From assembly GCA_965222605.1 (NCBI GenBank), contig OZ244960.1, positions 5,088,001-5,152,000 of the forward strand: 64,000 nucleotides of DNA, read 5' to 3'. The notes beneath the pieces were generated by a model, which was not told where the DNA came from, did not search any database, and was given only the letters and a program-made list of their open reading frames with translations. A program made the translations under genes and the position numbers. Of this stretch, positions 46,061 to 56,941 are shown piece by piece (position 1 is the first letter of the stretch; the number at the start of each line of letters is the position of its first letter). The stretch is from Candidatus Latescibacterota bacterium (GTDB lineage: Bacteria; Latescibacterota; UBA2968).

Positions 46061-47791
46061 ATGCTAAACGCCAACCAGATCGACCCCATCCGATTTGAAG
46101 TCATCCGAAATGCGCTGTCCGAAGCCACGGAAGAAATGGCGATTGCCCTGCGCCGCAGTGCTTACTCCACCAATATCAAAACCCGAGCCGACTTCTCCTG
46201 TGTCCTCTTTGATAGCCGGGTTCGAGTCGTCGCCCAGGCCTTCGCGCAGCCCGTCCACCTCGGCTCCCTGTCCTTACTTGTCCCCCGGATGGTGGAAGCA
46301 TACGGGGCTGAAAATCTGGGCCCCGGCGACGCCATCCTGGCCAACGATCCCTACCTGGGTGGTGTACACCTGAATGACATCACCCTCATTTCACCAGTGT
46401 ACCACAACAACACTTGCCTGGGGTATGTTGCCAACCTGGCTCACCATGTGGATGTAGGTGGAGGGTCCCCTGCGAGCATCGGTGCTTTCAGGGAAGTCTT
46501 CCAGGAGGGCGTAATCATACCGCCAGTCAAGCTCGTTGAGCGGGGCGAACTCGTCACCGATATCTTCAATCTCATCCTCGCGCAAATTCGTTCGAAACGC
46601 GAAATGGCAGGCGATCTGCGTGCCCAAATCGCAGCCAACAACACAGGTGTTCGCCGCTTATGTGCCCTCGCCGATCGCATAGGCGGCGACACGGTGTCGT
46701 TCTATATTCGTGAATTGATTGCCTACACGGAACGTCGCACGCGCGTGGAAATTAGAAATTTGCCGAATGGCGATTTTTCGGCCGATGGACAGGTGGATAA
46801 CGACGGTTTTACGGACCGGCCAGTACACCTTGCCGCACGAATCAGCATTCAGAATGATCAGATATTCTTCGATTTTACCGGCTCTGACGTTCAGCGTAGC
46901 GCTCCGGTGAATTCAACCGCGGCGATGACTTTTTCCGCCTGTGCCTATGTTCTCAAGTGCCTCATTGACCCGGATGTGCCAGTCAATGCGGGTTTCTATA
47001 ATACGGTTCAAATGGTCGCGCCCGAGGGAACGGTCGTCAACTGTTCTCCCCACGCACCGGTTGTAGGAGGCTGGGAGACTCAATTACGGCTAACAGATGT
47101 CATGCTAAGGGCCCTGGCCCCCGCATTTCCCGATCACATCCCAGCAGGTACCAAAGCCATGGTATGTCATGCGGGATTCGGCGGAATCATCGCCGGCACA
47201 GGCGAGTATTACTGCTTTTTGGAAACCCTGGGCGGTGGCTATGGTGGTCGTGCCGCGAGCGATGGGCCGGACGCCGTTCAGACTCATGGGCAGAACACCG
47301 AAAATGCACCCATTGAGGAAACAGAAATCAACTATCCGGTACGCATCGCGCGCTACGAACTGGTCGAAAACTCTGAAGGTCCTGGTAAATTCCGGGGCGG
47401 ATTGGGCCTCCGGCGTGACTATCTCTTCCCCGACGATGAAGCCTCCTTCACCATCCTCGCCGACCGCGACAGGAAGGGCCCCTGGGGCCTATTCGGCGGC
47501 AAACCTGGCCGCACTGCCAGTTATTTTCTCAACTCGAACGGAAAAACTGTCCGACTCGGTTCGAAAACCACCGTTCAGATCCAACCGGGAGACATTGTCA
47601 GCTATCGCACCTGCGGTGGCGGCGGCTACGGTCTGCCCGCAGAGCGGGATCCCGAACGCGTGTTGCGCGACGTTCGAAACGGTATGGTCAGCCGGGAGCG
47701 AGCAAGGGAGATCTACCGAACGGAGATCGATACGGAGACCTGGCGTGTGAACGATGGAGAAACGATGAGGTTGCGGAGCGAGACTACCTGA
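46061..47791 (+). CDS. Hydantoinase B / 5-oxoprolinase family subunit (pair 1)
   Basis: 'DPIRFEVIRNAL', 'DFSC', 'PVHLG', 'NDPYLGGVHLND', 'HHVDVGG', 'GPGKFRGG.G', 'GGGGYG.P.ERDP'. Confidence 0.93.
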   Translation: MLNANQIDPIRFEVIRNALSEATEEMAIALRRSAYSTNIKTRADFSCVLFDSRVRVVAQAFAQPVHLGSLSLLVPRMVEAYGAENLGPGDAILANDPYLGGVHLNDITLISPVYHNNTCLGYVANLAHHVDVGGGSPASIGAFREVFQEGVIIPPVKLVERGELVTDIFNLILAQIRSKREMAGDLRAQIAANNTGVRRLCALADRIGGDTVSFYIRELIAYTERRTRVEIRNLPNGDFSADGQVDNDGFTDRPVHLAARISIQNDQIFFDFTGSDVQRSAPVNSTAAMTFSACAYVLKCLIDPDVPVNAGFYNTVQMVAPEGTVVNCSPHAPVVGGWETQLRLTDVMLRALAPAFPDHIPAGTKAMVCHAGFGGIIAGTGEYYCFLETLGGGYGGRAASDGPDAVQTHGQNTENAPIEETEINYPVRIARYELVENSEGPGKFRGGLGLRRDYLFPDDEASFTILADRDRKGPWGLFGGKPGRTASYFLNSNGKTVRLGSKTTVQIQPGDIVSYRTCGGGGYGLPAERDPERVLRDVRNGMVSRERAREIYRTEIDTETWRVNDGETMRLRSETT

Positions 47792-47816
47792 TCATCGGTT
47801 CTGAAGGAACATAAAA

Positions 47817-49904
47817 ATGGCGTACCGACTGGGCATTGACATTGGTGGAACATTCACAGATGCAACGCTCATTGATGAAGAAACTGGAGACGTCCGTGTC
47901 GGTAAGGTGTCGTCCACACCGCGGGACCCTTCCCTCGGATTTATGGAAGCCACCCGTCGAATTCTGGGCGAAGCAGAAATTGAACCGACTAAAGTGGGCT
48001 ATATCGTACACGGAACCACAGTGGTCACCAATGCAATTATCGAAGGCAAAACCGCTCGGACTGGTTTTATCACCACCGGTGGCTTCCGCGATCTGCTTGA
48101 AATCGCGCGCCAGATCCGTCCGTCGCTTTACGACCTGCAGTTTGAAAAGCCCCGTCCGCTGGTACCGCGCTACCTCTGCTTCGGTGTGCCGGAGCGTCTG
48201 GATGCGAGGGGAAAGATTCTCGAACCTCTCGATGAAAAAGCCGTCTCCGTCACGGCGAGCCAACTGCGCCGGGAGGGTGTGGAATCGATCGCGGTCTGTC
48301 TGCTTCACGCCTACGCCAATCCTGCCCACGAGCAGCAAGTCGGAGAGATCCTGAGAAGGGACTTTCCCGAAGCGATGGTGTCGCTGTCTTCGGAAGTATC
48401 ACCGGAATTCCGGGAGTATTTCCGGGCCAGTACCACCGTCATCAACGCCTGTATCCGGCCTGTTGTTGCGCGCTACCTGGAAAACATCCAGGCTCGGTTG
48501 CGAGAAGAAGGGTTAACGGCGCAACTTTTGGTGATGCAAAGCAGCGGAGGAGTTCTGACCTTTGGAGCGGCAGCTAAAAAACCGGTTTTTCTCGTCGAAT
48601 CAGGTCCCGCGGCCGGAGTGATCGCAGCTACCTATCTGGGCGATACACTGGGTCATCCCAACGTGATCTCTTTTGATATGGGAGGGACAACGGCCAAAGC
48701 GGGTCTCGTACAGGACGGTCGGCCCCAGGTGACCAAGGATTACGAGGTCGGGGCTACCGCTCAGGCGGGTGTAGGTGGGGCAAGAGGCGGGGGATATCCC
48801 ATCCGCACGCCCGTCATCGACCTGGTGGAAATCGGTGCCGGCGGGGGGTCGATCGCCTGGATAGATCCGGGTGGTGTGTTGCGGGTGGGGCCGCACAGCG
48901 CGGGAGCCGATCCCGGTCCGGTATGCTACGGAAAGGGCGGCGAAGAGCCCACGATCACCGATGCCAACCTGGTGTTGGGGCGCCTCAATCCGGATTATTT
49001 TTTGGGCGGTGAGATCGCACTGAACGCGGAAGCCGCTCGAAAGGCGATTCAGCAGAAATGCGCTGCTCCCCTGGGACTGGACCCCGTAGAAGCCGCCCAC
49101 GGGATTGTGGAAATCGCCAACGCGGCCATGGTCAACGCCCTCCGGCTGGTTTCTGTTCAGCGGGGATACGATCCGAGAGAATTCGTGTTGGTGGCCTTCG
49201 GCGGGGCCGGTCCGGTACATGCCTGCCGCCTGGCGGCAGAAATGGAGATTCCGACCATCCTGATTCCGATGAGTCCAGGAACCACTTCGGCGATGGGCTT
49301 GCTCGTGACAGATCTCAAGCACGACTACTCGACAACATTCATATGCCAGGTAGATAAGCTGGATCTCAAAGAGGTGGCGACAGCGTTCAGCAATATGGAA
49401 CAACAGGGGAGGGCGATACTGGAGGAAGAAGGAGTGCAGGACAAGGACAAGGACTTCCTCCGCCAGGTAGATATGCGCTATGTAGGCCAAAGCTATGAAC
49501 TGACCGTGCCGCTTTCTGGAACTGAATTCACACCAGCCGAGATTGAAACCTTGCTGGTCCACTTTCATCGGGAACACGACCGGGCCTACGGATACAGCGC
49601 CCCTGAAGAACCTGCGGAATTTGTCAATCTCCGCCTTTCAGCAATCGGCCGAATCGCAAAACCCCGGCTCCGCAGTCTCGATTCAAATTTGGACGCTCCG
49701 GCTCTCAAAACCAGCCGGCCCGTTTACTTTTCCGAACGCAACGGATTTGTGGATTGTCCGATTTACGACCGCTATACCCTCGCCTCGGGGAACATCGTGG
49801 ATGGCCCTGCGATCGTTGAAGAAATCGATTCCACGACCGTTATCCACCCCGGGTACCGAGGAGCCGTAGATACGTACGGGAACCTGATTTTGACCAGGGA
49901 ATGA
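47817..49904 (+). CDS. Hydantoinase A / 5-oxoprolinase ATP-binding subunit (pair 1)
   Basis: 'GIDIGGTFTD', 'HGTT', 'ESGPAAG', 'DMGGTTAK', 'EIGAGGGSI', 'SAGADPGP.CYG'. Confidence 0.93.
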   Translation: MAYRLGIDIGGTFTDATLIDEETGDVRVGKVSSTPRDPSLGFMEATRRILGEAEIEPTKVGYIVHGTTVVTNAIIEGKTARTGFITTGGFRDLLEIARQIRPSLYDLQFEKPRPLVPRYLCFGVPERLDARGKILEPLDEKAVSVTASQLRREGVESIAVCLLHAYANPAHEQQVGEILRRDFPEAMVSLSSEVSPEFREYFRASTTVINACIRPVVARYLENIQARLREEGLTAQLLVMQSSGGVLTFGAAAKKPVFLVESGPAAGVIAATYLGDTLGHPNVISFDMGGTTAKAGLVQDGRPQVTKDYEVGATAQAGVGGARGGGYPIRTPVIDLVEIGAGGGSIAWIDPGGVLRVGPHSAGADPGPVCYGKGGEEPTITDANLVLGRLNPDYFLGGEIALNAEAARKAIQQKCAAPLGLDPVEAAHGIVEIANAAMVNALRLVSVQRGYDPREFVLVAFGGAGPVHACRLAAEMEIPTILIPMSPGTTSAMGLLVTDLKHDYSTTFICQVDKLDLKEVATAFSNMEQQGRAILEEEGVQDKDKDFLRQVDMRYVGQSYELTVPLSGTEFTPAEIETLLVHFHREHDRAYGYSAPEEPAEFVNLRLSAIGRIAKPRLRSLDSNLDAPALKTSRPVYFSERNGFVDCPIYDRYTLASGNIVDGPAIVEEIDSTTVIHPGYRGAVDTYGNLILTRE

Positions 49905-49968
49905 CCCGGACGCCTCCGGGACAATGCTCAGGGCACAGGGGAGAGCGAGACTTCTGGAATACACTGAT

Positions 49969-51897
49969 ATGGCAGAGGAGCAAAGGGTGCCTCATACTGA
50001 AGCTGAATACGGAATCGTCCTGTCGAAAAACGTCATGGTCTCCATGCGGGACGGTACTCGTCTGGCCACAGATATTTACCGTCCGGCACGCAATGGAGAT
50101 CCATTGCCGGGGCCCTTTCCCACAATTCTGTGTCGCACTCCGTATGACAAATCCGATGCACGCTATGCAGAAATAGGAGACTTTTTTGCGCCACACGGGT
50201 ATGTGACCGTGCTCCAGGACCTGCGAGGCCGATATCGTTCCGAAGGTTTGGGTCAGTACTTCCATGTTGCCAACATCAACGACGGCCTGGACGGCTATGA
50301 CACAGTAGAATGGATCGCTGCCCAGCCATGGTCAAACAAACGCGTGGGGGCTGTTGGCAGTTCTTTCGCAGCCCTGGTGCAGACACGAATGGCGTTTCAC
50401 CGTCCGCCGCATCTCACCGCCATCTGGCCAGACGTAACACCCATCAACAGCTATCACCACCAGGCACGAGAAGGCGGGGCCATGCAGATGCACATGTTCT
50501 GGGCGCTTTTCCTCCATGCTCAGGACGCACAGGAAATCCAGAATGACCCTGAAGCGCAGGACGCTGTTTGGAATGATCTCCAGCGGATTCGCGAGCTTCT
50601 CGTTTCAACACCGTTTCAGCCCGGTCAAACTGCTCTATCCGCAGTTCCCAACCTCGAAAAAACGCTTTTTGACTACTATCATCGGGGGGAGTACGATAGT
50701 TTCTGGGAGCGGGAATACAACGATTTCGAGCGAAATTTCGAACGCCACGCAGACATTCCCGGCACCTATTCAAGCGGCTGGTACGACCCGTACGCGGTAG
50801 CCATCACGGCCTATTTTGCCGCAATGGCCGAACAAAACTCTTCGCCGCAACGACTGGTGATGGGCCCCTGGAATCACGTGGGGATGAGAGGAGATTCTTC
50901 TTTTACGGGAGATGTAGATTTTGGGTCTGACAGTGTTTGGGGTGTAAGCCGCTACTTCGAAGAGCAACGCCGGTTTTTTGACGCATGGCTAAGAGACATG
51001 CCTTCAGGAAAGGAAGACGACCCACCTGTGAGTATATTTGTGATGGGCGGAGGGACAGGTCGCAAAACAGACGAGGGGAAATACCATCACGGAGGTAGAT
51101 GGCGCCGTGAGTGGGAGTGGCCACTGGCCCGTACTCGTACCATCCAGTACCACTTTCATTCGCAAGGCTTACTGAGTACGGATGAGCCTGATGAGGAAAG
51201 CCCTCCCCTGTCCTTCACCTACGATCCCGCCAATCCGGTACCTACGATTGGAGGCAGTCTGTGCGGTATTATGGAACTCCCGAAGGATGATGGAGACCTG
51301 GACCAGATGTGGAGCCGGTTTCTCTCTCCGGTCACGCGACTGCGCAACATCGTTATTCCTGGGCCGGCCCATCAAAAGGAATCTGCCGACGTATTTGGCG
51401 CGAATCCCCCCTACCAGCTTTTGGCGGATCGGCCAGATGTGCTGGTCTTTCAGACCTCTCCTCTGGAGGAGGATCTGGAAGTAACCGGATCCGTCATCGT
51501 CACATTGTGGATTTCTTCCTCGGCTCCCGATACCGATTTCACCGCGAAGCTCATTGACCTTGCGCCGGCCAACGATGACTATCCGGGCGGATATGCAATG
51601 AACCTCGTGGATTCCGTGATTCGCACGCGGTATCGAAATAGCTGGGAACAGGAAGAACTCATGGAACCTGGTGAAGTCTATCGGGTTCAGATTCCTCTGC
51701 CCCCAACCAGTAATTTGTTTCAGGCCGGGCATCGGATTCGGATCGACATATCCAGTAGCAATTTCCCTCGCCTGGACCTGAATCCCAATACGGGCGAACC
51801 GATGGGAAGGCATACACACACGGTACCCGCGCGCAACACGGTATATATGGACAAGCATCGGCCGTCGGGCGTGCTTCTGCCGACGATCCCCGTCTAA
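49969..51897 (+). CDS. CocE/NonD family serine hydrolase (peptidase S15-like)
   Basis: 'MRDGTRLATDIYRP', 'RTPY', 'QDLRGRYRSEG', 'DGYDTVEWIAAQPWS', nucleophile elbow 'GSSF', 'GWYD', 'GPWNH'. Start could be 49924. Confidence 0.92.
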   Translation: MAEEQRVPHTEAEYGIVLSKNVMVSMRDGTRLATDIYRPARNGDPLPGPFPTILCRTPYDKSDARYAEIGDFFAPHGYVTVLQDLRGRYRSEGLGQYFHVANINDGLDGYDTVEWIAAQPWSNKRVGAVGSSFAALVQTRMAFHRPPHLTAIWPDVTPINSYHHQAREGGAMQMHMFWALFLHAQDAQEIQNDPEAQDAVWNDLQRIRELLVSTPFQPGQTALSAVPNLEKTLFDYYHRGEYDSFWEREYNDFERNFERHADIPGTYSSGWYDPYAVAITAYFAAMAEQNSSPQRLVMGPWNHVGMRGDSSFTGDVDFGSDSVWGVSRYFEEQRRFFDAWLRDMPSGKEDDPPVSIFVMGGGTGRKTDEGKYHHGGRWRREWEWPLARTRTIQYHFHSQGLLSTDEPDEESPPLSFTYDPANPVPTIGGSLCGIMELPKDDGDLDQMWSRFLSPVTRLRNIVIPGPAHQKESADVFGANPPYQLLADRPDVLVFQTSPLEEDLEVTGSVIVTLWISSSAPDTDFTAKLIDLAPANDDYPGGYAMNLVDSVIRTRYRNSWEQEELMEPGEVYRVQIPLPPTSNLFQAGHRIRIDISSSNFPRLDLNPNTGEPMGRHTHTVPARNTVYMDKHRPSGVLLPTIPV

Positions 51898-51917
51898 GCA
51901 TTCATTGGAGAGAACAC

Positions 51918-53219
51918 ATGGAAACTCGATTGCAGGCCGGATTTGCACGAACGGATATTACCCCAGATCTGGGATGCCTGCTGATGGGCTACCCGGATCC
52001 AGACCGCAGAGCCGAATCCGTACGCGACCGACTCTACGCGAATGCGCTCTACCTGGAACAAAACAGCGTGAGAGCCGTTATCCTCAGCCTGGATGTGAGC
52101 CTTGTAGATGATGTCGAAGTCGAGTCCATTCGTCGGGGAATCCTCGATCGCACAGGCATCCCTTCAGATCATATCACTGTCTGTGCTATCCAGACTCACA
52201 GCGGACCCTGCACCCTTGAGTGCTGGGGATGGTGCGAAAAGGACAAACCTTATATCGAAAGGCTCGTCGAGAGAAGTATTGAAGCCGCCGTCACAGCTGC
52301 TCAATCTCCCATACCTGTAACTGTGGGCATCGGCACAACGCAGAGTGACGTGGGAGTCAACCGTCGAGTGGTCCTTGAAAACCACGAGGTTGCTCTGGGT
52401 GTCAATCCCTGGGGGCCTTACGATCCCGAGATGACCCTTTTGCGATTTGAAGGGAAGGATGGGCCGCTTGTCTCATTGATCCACTACGGCGCGCATCCAA
52501 CCGTTTTCTCCAGTGCCAACAGGGCAGTGTCCCGCGATTGGCCGGGTGTCATGATCGACCGGGTGGAACACCTCACGGGTGCTCCGGTTTTCTTTGTCAA
52601 CGGTGCCGTCGGTGATATCGCCCCCCGCACTAATAGTCTCCGCGCCGTCGGAGATGGCGAAATGGCACTCATGGAAGTCGGTTTGCGAGCCGGAATGGAT
52701 GCGATGCGTGCGTACCGGTCCATCAAGACGTTCCAGGACCTGCCGTTGTCCATCATTAACGGGGACATCACGATGCCCTACCGGTCGCTGCCGCCACTGG
52801 AAGAAGCCGAGCGGGAGTTCGCCTTGACTAAATCCGAAAAGGATGAGCCAGGGAGGGGCATGTGCGAGTACAAACACTGGGAAGCCGTTATCCATGCCCA
52901 CAAAACCGAACCGTTACCTGGCAAAACCTACCGGCAGGTGATCACCTCTCTCGGACCGATCGCATTTGTCCCTTTCCCTGGCGAGCCATTCGCAGAAATC
53001 GTACTTCGATTGCGCCAGTACAGTCCCTTTCAATATACGCTTTGCGCCAGTACTTCGTGTGGCAGCTATGGCTATTTCGTCACGCGGGATTCGCTGCACC
53101 GCGGTGGGTACGAAGTCTGGGTGGCCAAAGCCTTCGGCGCATACATCCTGGCGGAGAACATCGACGATGTTCTGGTCGAAGAAAATCTGGCTCTCCTGCG
53201 CAATCTGCATGACCTGTAG
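51918..53219 (+). CDS. Neutral/alkaline ceramidase-like amidohydrolase, paralog 2
   Basis: 'AGFARTDITP', 'QTHSGP', 'VNRR', 'YGAHP', 'SRDWPG', 'NGAVGDIAP', 'PGEPF', 'GGYE'. Confidence 0.8.
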   Translation: METRLQAGFARTDITPDLGCLLMGYPDPDRRAESVRDRLYANALYLEQNSVRAVILSLDVSLVDDVEVESIRRGILDRTGIPSDHITVCAIQTHSGPCTLECWGWCEKDKPYIERLVERSIEAAVTAAQSPIPVTVGIGTTQSDVGVNRRVVLENHEVALGVNPWGPYDPEMTLLRFEGKDGPLVSLIHYGAHPTVFSSANRAVSRDWPGVMIDRVEHLTGAPVFFVNGAVGDIAPRTNSLRAVGDGEMALMEVGLRAGMDAMRAYRSIKTFQDLPLSIINGDITMPYRSLPPLEEAEREFALTKSEKDEPGRGMCEYKHWEAVIHAHKTEPLPGKTYRQVITSLGPIAFVPFPGEPFAEIVLRLRQYSPFQYTLCASTSCGSYGYFVTRDSLHRGGYEVWVAKAFGAYILAENIDDVLVEENLALLRNLHDL

Positions 53220-53297
53220 GCCATCACATTCAGGTTTCACCCATGGATATCCTCCAGGAGAATCAACTTCCGGGCTGTTGACTCTTCGCCTTAGAGG

Positions 53298-54854
53298 TCA
53301 ACCCCTGCGTTCGGCGGCTGAGCCAAAGCCGCCGCCGCCGGCCTCGCGCATCGAAATCCGATCACCGGGTGACAGCTCGACACGCGATTTGGGGTCGACC
53401 GGTTGACCATTGACTTCGTACCGGCGAAGTGCCCCGTCGTCGCCGCCTTGTAGCCCCTTGGCTGCAAATTCGGTTCGCTGACCCATTAGGGCGATCTCGA
53501 GGAGATGGCCGGTGTCATTACGAAAGACCACTTCCTGGCCGTCGCCGCCGCGCCACTTCCCGTCGCCGCCTGTGTCGGGTAGGATCTCACGCTTTTCGAT
53601 GGTGATGGACGTGCGGTTTTCCCAGACCTCCGTGGGGACCACAGTCATGTTGGACGGCGCCGGTGTGACGGCGCGGCCATCCTGCCCCAGCATGGCACCG
53701 AGCCCGCCGGCGAGAAAGAAGAGTGAGGAGATTTCCTCGCCGTCACGGTGACGTCCCTGGACGCTGAAGACATTCATCATGGCGGCGTCGGCTTGGACAC
53801 GGTCCGGCAGGGCCGGCGCCATGGCACCCATCAAGAGCGGGACAACGAAGTGACCCACCGAATGTCGCCCACCGGTCGCCCACGGCGGTTGCGCATTGAG
53901 GATGCAATGATCGGGTGCCGAGATATCGATCGGCCGTGCCGCGCCGGCATTGTTCGGCAGATTGGGGATCGTCAGACACTTGATCACGTAGTTGGCCTGG
54001 GCGCGGGTGTAACAGAACGGCACGTTAATTGAGGCCCGCACAGGGCCTTCAGTGCCGGTGAAATCTATGGCGACATGACTGCCGTCTACTCTGACGTTGG
54101 CGGCCAGTTGAATTGGCCGGCCCGGCCCCTCAATTACAATGGCATTGGCATAAGAGCCGTCAGGGATCTCGGCGATGCGTTCGCACATTGCGGCCTTGGC
54201 GTGATCGTTGATGGCGTCGGAGAGTGTTTCGAGCTCATCGAGACCGTACTCGTCCATGAACTCCAGCAAGGCCCGCCCGCCGACTTCGTTACAAGCGACG
54301 TTCGCCATCAAATCGCCAATCGTCTGTTCCGGAACGCGGACGTTGGTGCGAACAATATCGAGGAGGAGTTCATTCAGCTGCCCACCGTCGCTTAGCTTGC
54401 ACACGGGAAGGCGCAGGCCCTCGTGGTACACCTCCGTGCAGTCAGACGCCATGCCTTTGCCGCCGATATCCGGCAGATGCGTGACACTCATGGTGAACCC
54501 TGTCAGGCGATCGCCACGAAATACCGGACGCATGACATTGATGTCGAATAAGTGACCGGTGCCCATCCATGGATCGTTGGTGGCGATGACATCGCCGGGT
54601 TTCAACGTGTTGGCCGGAAACGCACGCAGCATGTGAGCGATGGTCTGTGGTGCCGTTCCGGTGAAGGACGGCACCGAGTAGCTGCCCTGCGCCACGAGGT
54701 GTGCCCTGGCGTCAAAGATCATACATGACAGGTCGTAGCCCTCTCGAACATTCATGGAGAACGATGTGCGGACGAGCGACAGGACGAGTTCGTCGGCAAT
54801 CGAGACCAGGCGGTCCCATAAGATCTTGAGACTGACGGGATCGTACTGGGTCAT
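53298..54854 (-). CDS. Hydantoinase B / 5-oxoprolinase family subunit (pair 2, short C-terminus)
   Basis: 'LWDRLVSIADE', 'NDPWMGTGHLFD', 'HLPDIGG', 'GGDGKWRGG.GQ', 'GGGGFG'. Confidence 0.92.
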   Translation of the reverse strand: MTQYDPVSLKILWDRLVSIADELVLSLVRTSFSMNVREGYDLSCMIFDARAHLVAQGSYSVPSFTGTAPQTIAHMLRAFPANTLKPGDVIATNDPWMGTGHLFDINVMRPVFRGDRLTGFTMSVTHLPDIGGKGMASDCTEVYHEGLRLPVCKLSDGGQLNELLLDIVRTNVRVPEQTIGDLMANVACNEVGGRALLEFMDEYGLDELETLSDAINDHAKAAMCERIAEIPDGSYANAIVIEGPGRPIQLAANVRVDGSHVAIDFTGTEGPVRASINVPFCYTRAQANYVIKCLTIPNLPNNAGAARPIDISAPDHCILNAQPPWATGGRHSVGHFVVPLLMGAMAPALPDRVQADAAMMNVFSVQGRHRDGEEISSLFFLAGGLGAMLGQDGRAVTPAPSNMTVVPTEVWENRTSITIEKREILPDTGGDGKWRGGDGQEVVFRNDTGHLLEIALMGQRTEFAAKGLQGGDDGALRRYEVNGQPVDPKSRVELSPGDRISMREAGGGGFGSAAERRG

Positions 54855-56941
54855 GACGTCTCTCCGCTCGGTGCCAATGTCGCAATCAAGTTGCCTATGT
54901 CATCAACTTCGATCGTGTCGCCAACGCTCAGGACGGTTGTTGCCTCATTCTCTTGGATGAGGGCAGGACCCGTTATGCGCTGCCCTTGGTCCAGGGCGTA
55001 ACGATCGTAGATAGGACAATTGGCAAGTCCCGTTGCGTCGTCGCAGAAGATACTGGCCTCACCAACCTGTTCTTGTGAGGTCAGAGCGCCGCTGAATGGG
55101 CGATAGCGATCTGCGAATTCCGGCTTAGGTCCGCTCGCCTCCACTTTCCAATTGACGATCTCAATTCCGGTATCGATTGGCGTGGCGGCAAAAATCTTGG
55201 CATAGGTTTCGCGAAAGAGATCGGCGATGCCATTGCGGTCAATGCCCGGCGGAAGCGGCACTTCAACCTCGTGGCCCTGGCCGCAATACCGCATGTCAAG
55301 CCGCCTGTCAATTTGAATCTGCGCGTCGTCAATGCCGGCCTCTGCAAGGAGGCAACGTGCTTGGCGTTCAACCAGATTGAATCCGGCGTCGAGGCCATCT
55401 GCATCCAATTCTTCGAGATTGACCCGCCCAGAGCGCAAGGTTGCATAGGAGATCGGAGTCATCAAGAGTCCAATCGCCGACATCACGCCAGCACCGACGG
55501 GGAAAACCACCTTTGGGATTCGCAGCTTTCGAGCAATACGAATGGCGTGTGCCGGACCGGATCCGCCAAACGCGATCATTGTGCAGCGGCGGTAGTCGAA
55601 GCCGATTTCCGCAGCATGGGTGCGGAATGCCCGCGCGACGTCCTCGTTGATGACCTCATGAACACCCCAGGCGGCTCGGATCGTGTCGACCCGAAGTGGT
55701 TCGGTGACATTCCGGTCAATTGCATGATGTGCGGCTTCGCTGTCCAGGATCATATTCCCACCAAGAAATGCCTCTGGAACCAGATAGCCGAGGGTCAGGT
55801 TGGCATCCGTCAACGTTGCGTTGTCGCCGCCCTGGCTATAACAGGCTGGACCGGGCTCCGCGCCGGCGCTCTTGGGTCCAACGGCCAAAAGATTGCGTTC
55901 GTCGACATTGGCGATCGACCCGCCACCGGCACCAATCTCAATCATGTCGATCACTGGGATACGGAGTGGGAGACCGCTGCCTTGCTTGAAGTCATGCTCT
56001 CGCGCCACCTCGAACTCGTAGCGGCGCAGGGGGCGGCCATTGCGGATTAGGGCGCCCTTTGCCGTCGTCCCGCCCATGTCAAATGCCAGTAGATTGGGTT
56101 CGCCAATTCGCTGTCCCAAATTGGCCGCCATGAGGGCGCCGGCGGCCGGCCCCGACTCGATAAGCCGCACCGGATAGCGCCGCGCGATTTCAGGCGTGAC
56201 CATGCCGCCAGACGATGTCATCACCAGAAAACGACCATCAAATCCCATGGTGGACAGTCCGGTCTCCAGGCGTTCGAGATAGCGATCGGTCAGCGGGCGC
56301 ACATACGCGTTGATCGTGGTTGTCGACCAGCGTTCATATTCCCGCATGAAGGGCAGTACGTCGGACGAGGTGCTGACCTGCAAGTCGGGGAATGCCTTCG
56401 CGACAGTATCTCGGGCCTGGTTTTCGTGATCCGGATTGGCATAGGCATGCAAGAAACAGATGGCCAGAGCCTCTATCCCATGCGCAGAAACCAGGTGTGC
56501 GACGGCCGCTTGGACCTCTTTTTCATTCAAGGGTGTCTCAACCTGCCCATCAAATAGGATGCGTTCCGAAAGCTCGGCGCGCAGATCCCGTGGGACGACT
56601 GGCTCTGCAAAACCCAGTCGCAGGTCGAACAAATCGTAGCGACGCTCCATGGCGATATCCAGGACATCGCGGAAGCCCCTGGTGACCAACATGCCAGTCG
56701 TCGCGCCGCGGCGTTCGATGACGGCATTCGTGACGAGCGTCGTGCCGTGTGACAGGACGGTGACGTCGGAGATATCGACGCTGGTTCGGCTGAGTAGTGC
56801 TGCAATTCCGGTCAGAACGCTGAGCGATGGATCGGACGGTGTGGTCAATTGCTTGTGTGTTGAGAGTTCGCCGGAGTCGTTATCCACCAGTGCGAAATCG
56901 GTAAAGGTGCCGCCGATATCGACGCCAAGCCTATGGGCCAT
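54851..56941 (-). CDS. Hydantoinase A / 5-oxoprolinase ATP-binding subunit (pair 2)
   Basis: 'GVDIGGTFTD', 'HGTTLVTN', 'ESGPAAG', 'DMGGTTAK'; overlaps its neighbours. Confidence 0.93.
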   Translation of the reverse strand: MAHRLGVDIGGTFTDFALVDNDSGELSTHKQLTTPSDPSLSVLTGIAALLSRTSVDISDVTVLSHGTTLVTNAVIERRGATTGMLVTRGFRDVLDIAMERRYDLFDLRLGFAEPVVPRDLRAELSERILFDGQVETPLNEKEVQAAVAHLVSAHGIEALAICFLHAYANPDHENQARDTVAKAFPDLQVSTSSDVLPFMREYERWSTTTINAYVRPLTDRYLERLETGLSTMGFDGRFLVMTSSGGMVTPEIARRYPVRLIESGPAAGALMAANLGQRIGEPNLLAFDMGGTTAKGALIRNGRPLRRYEFEVAREHDFKQGSGLPLRIPVIDMIEIGAGGGSIANVDERNLLAVGPKSAGAEPGPACYSQGGDNATLTDANLTLGYLVPEAFLGGNMILDSEAAHHAIDRNVTEPLRVDTIRAAWGVHEVINEDVARAFRTHAAEIGFDYRRCTMIAFGGSGPAHAIRIARKLRIPKVVFPVGAGVMSAIGLLMTPISYATLRSGRVNLEELDADGLDAGFNLVERQARCLLAEAGIDDAQIQIDRRLDMRYCGQGHEVEVPLPPGIDRNGIADLFRETYAKIFAATPIDTGIEIVNWKVEASGPKPEFADRYRPFSGALTSQEQVGEASIFCDDATGLANCPIYDRYALDQGQRITGPALIQENEATTVLSVGDTIEVDDIGNLIATLAPSGETS

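Noticed and set aside
53259-53285. Hairpin AGAATCAAC...GTTGACTCT between convergent genes
   Set aside because: Weak, mismatched stem without a U-tract; not supportable as a terminator.
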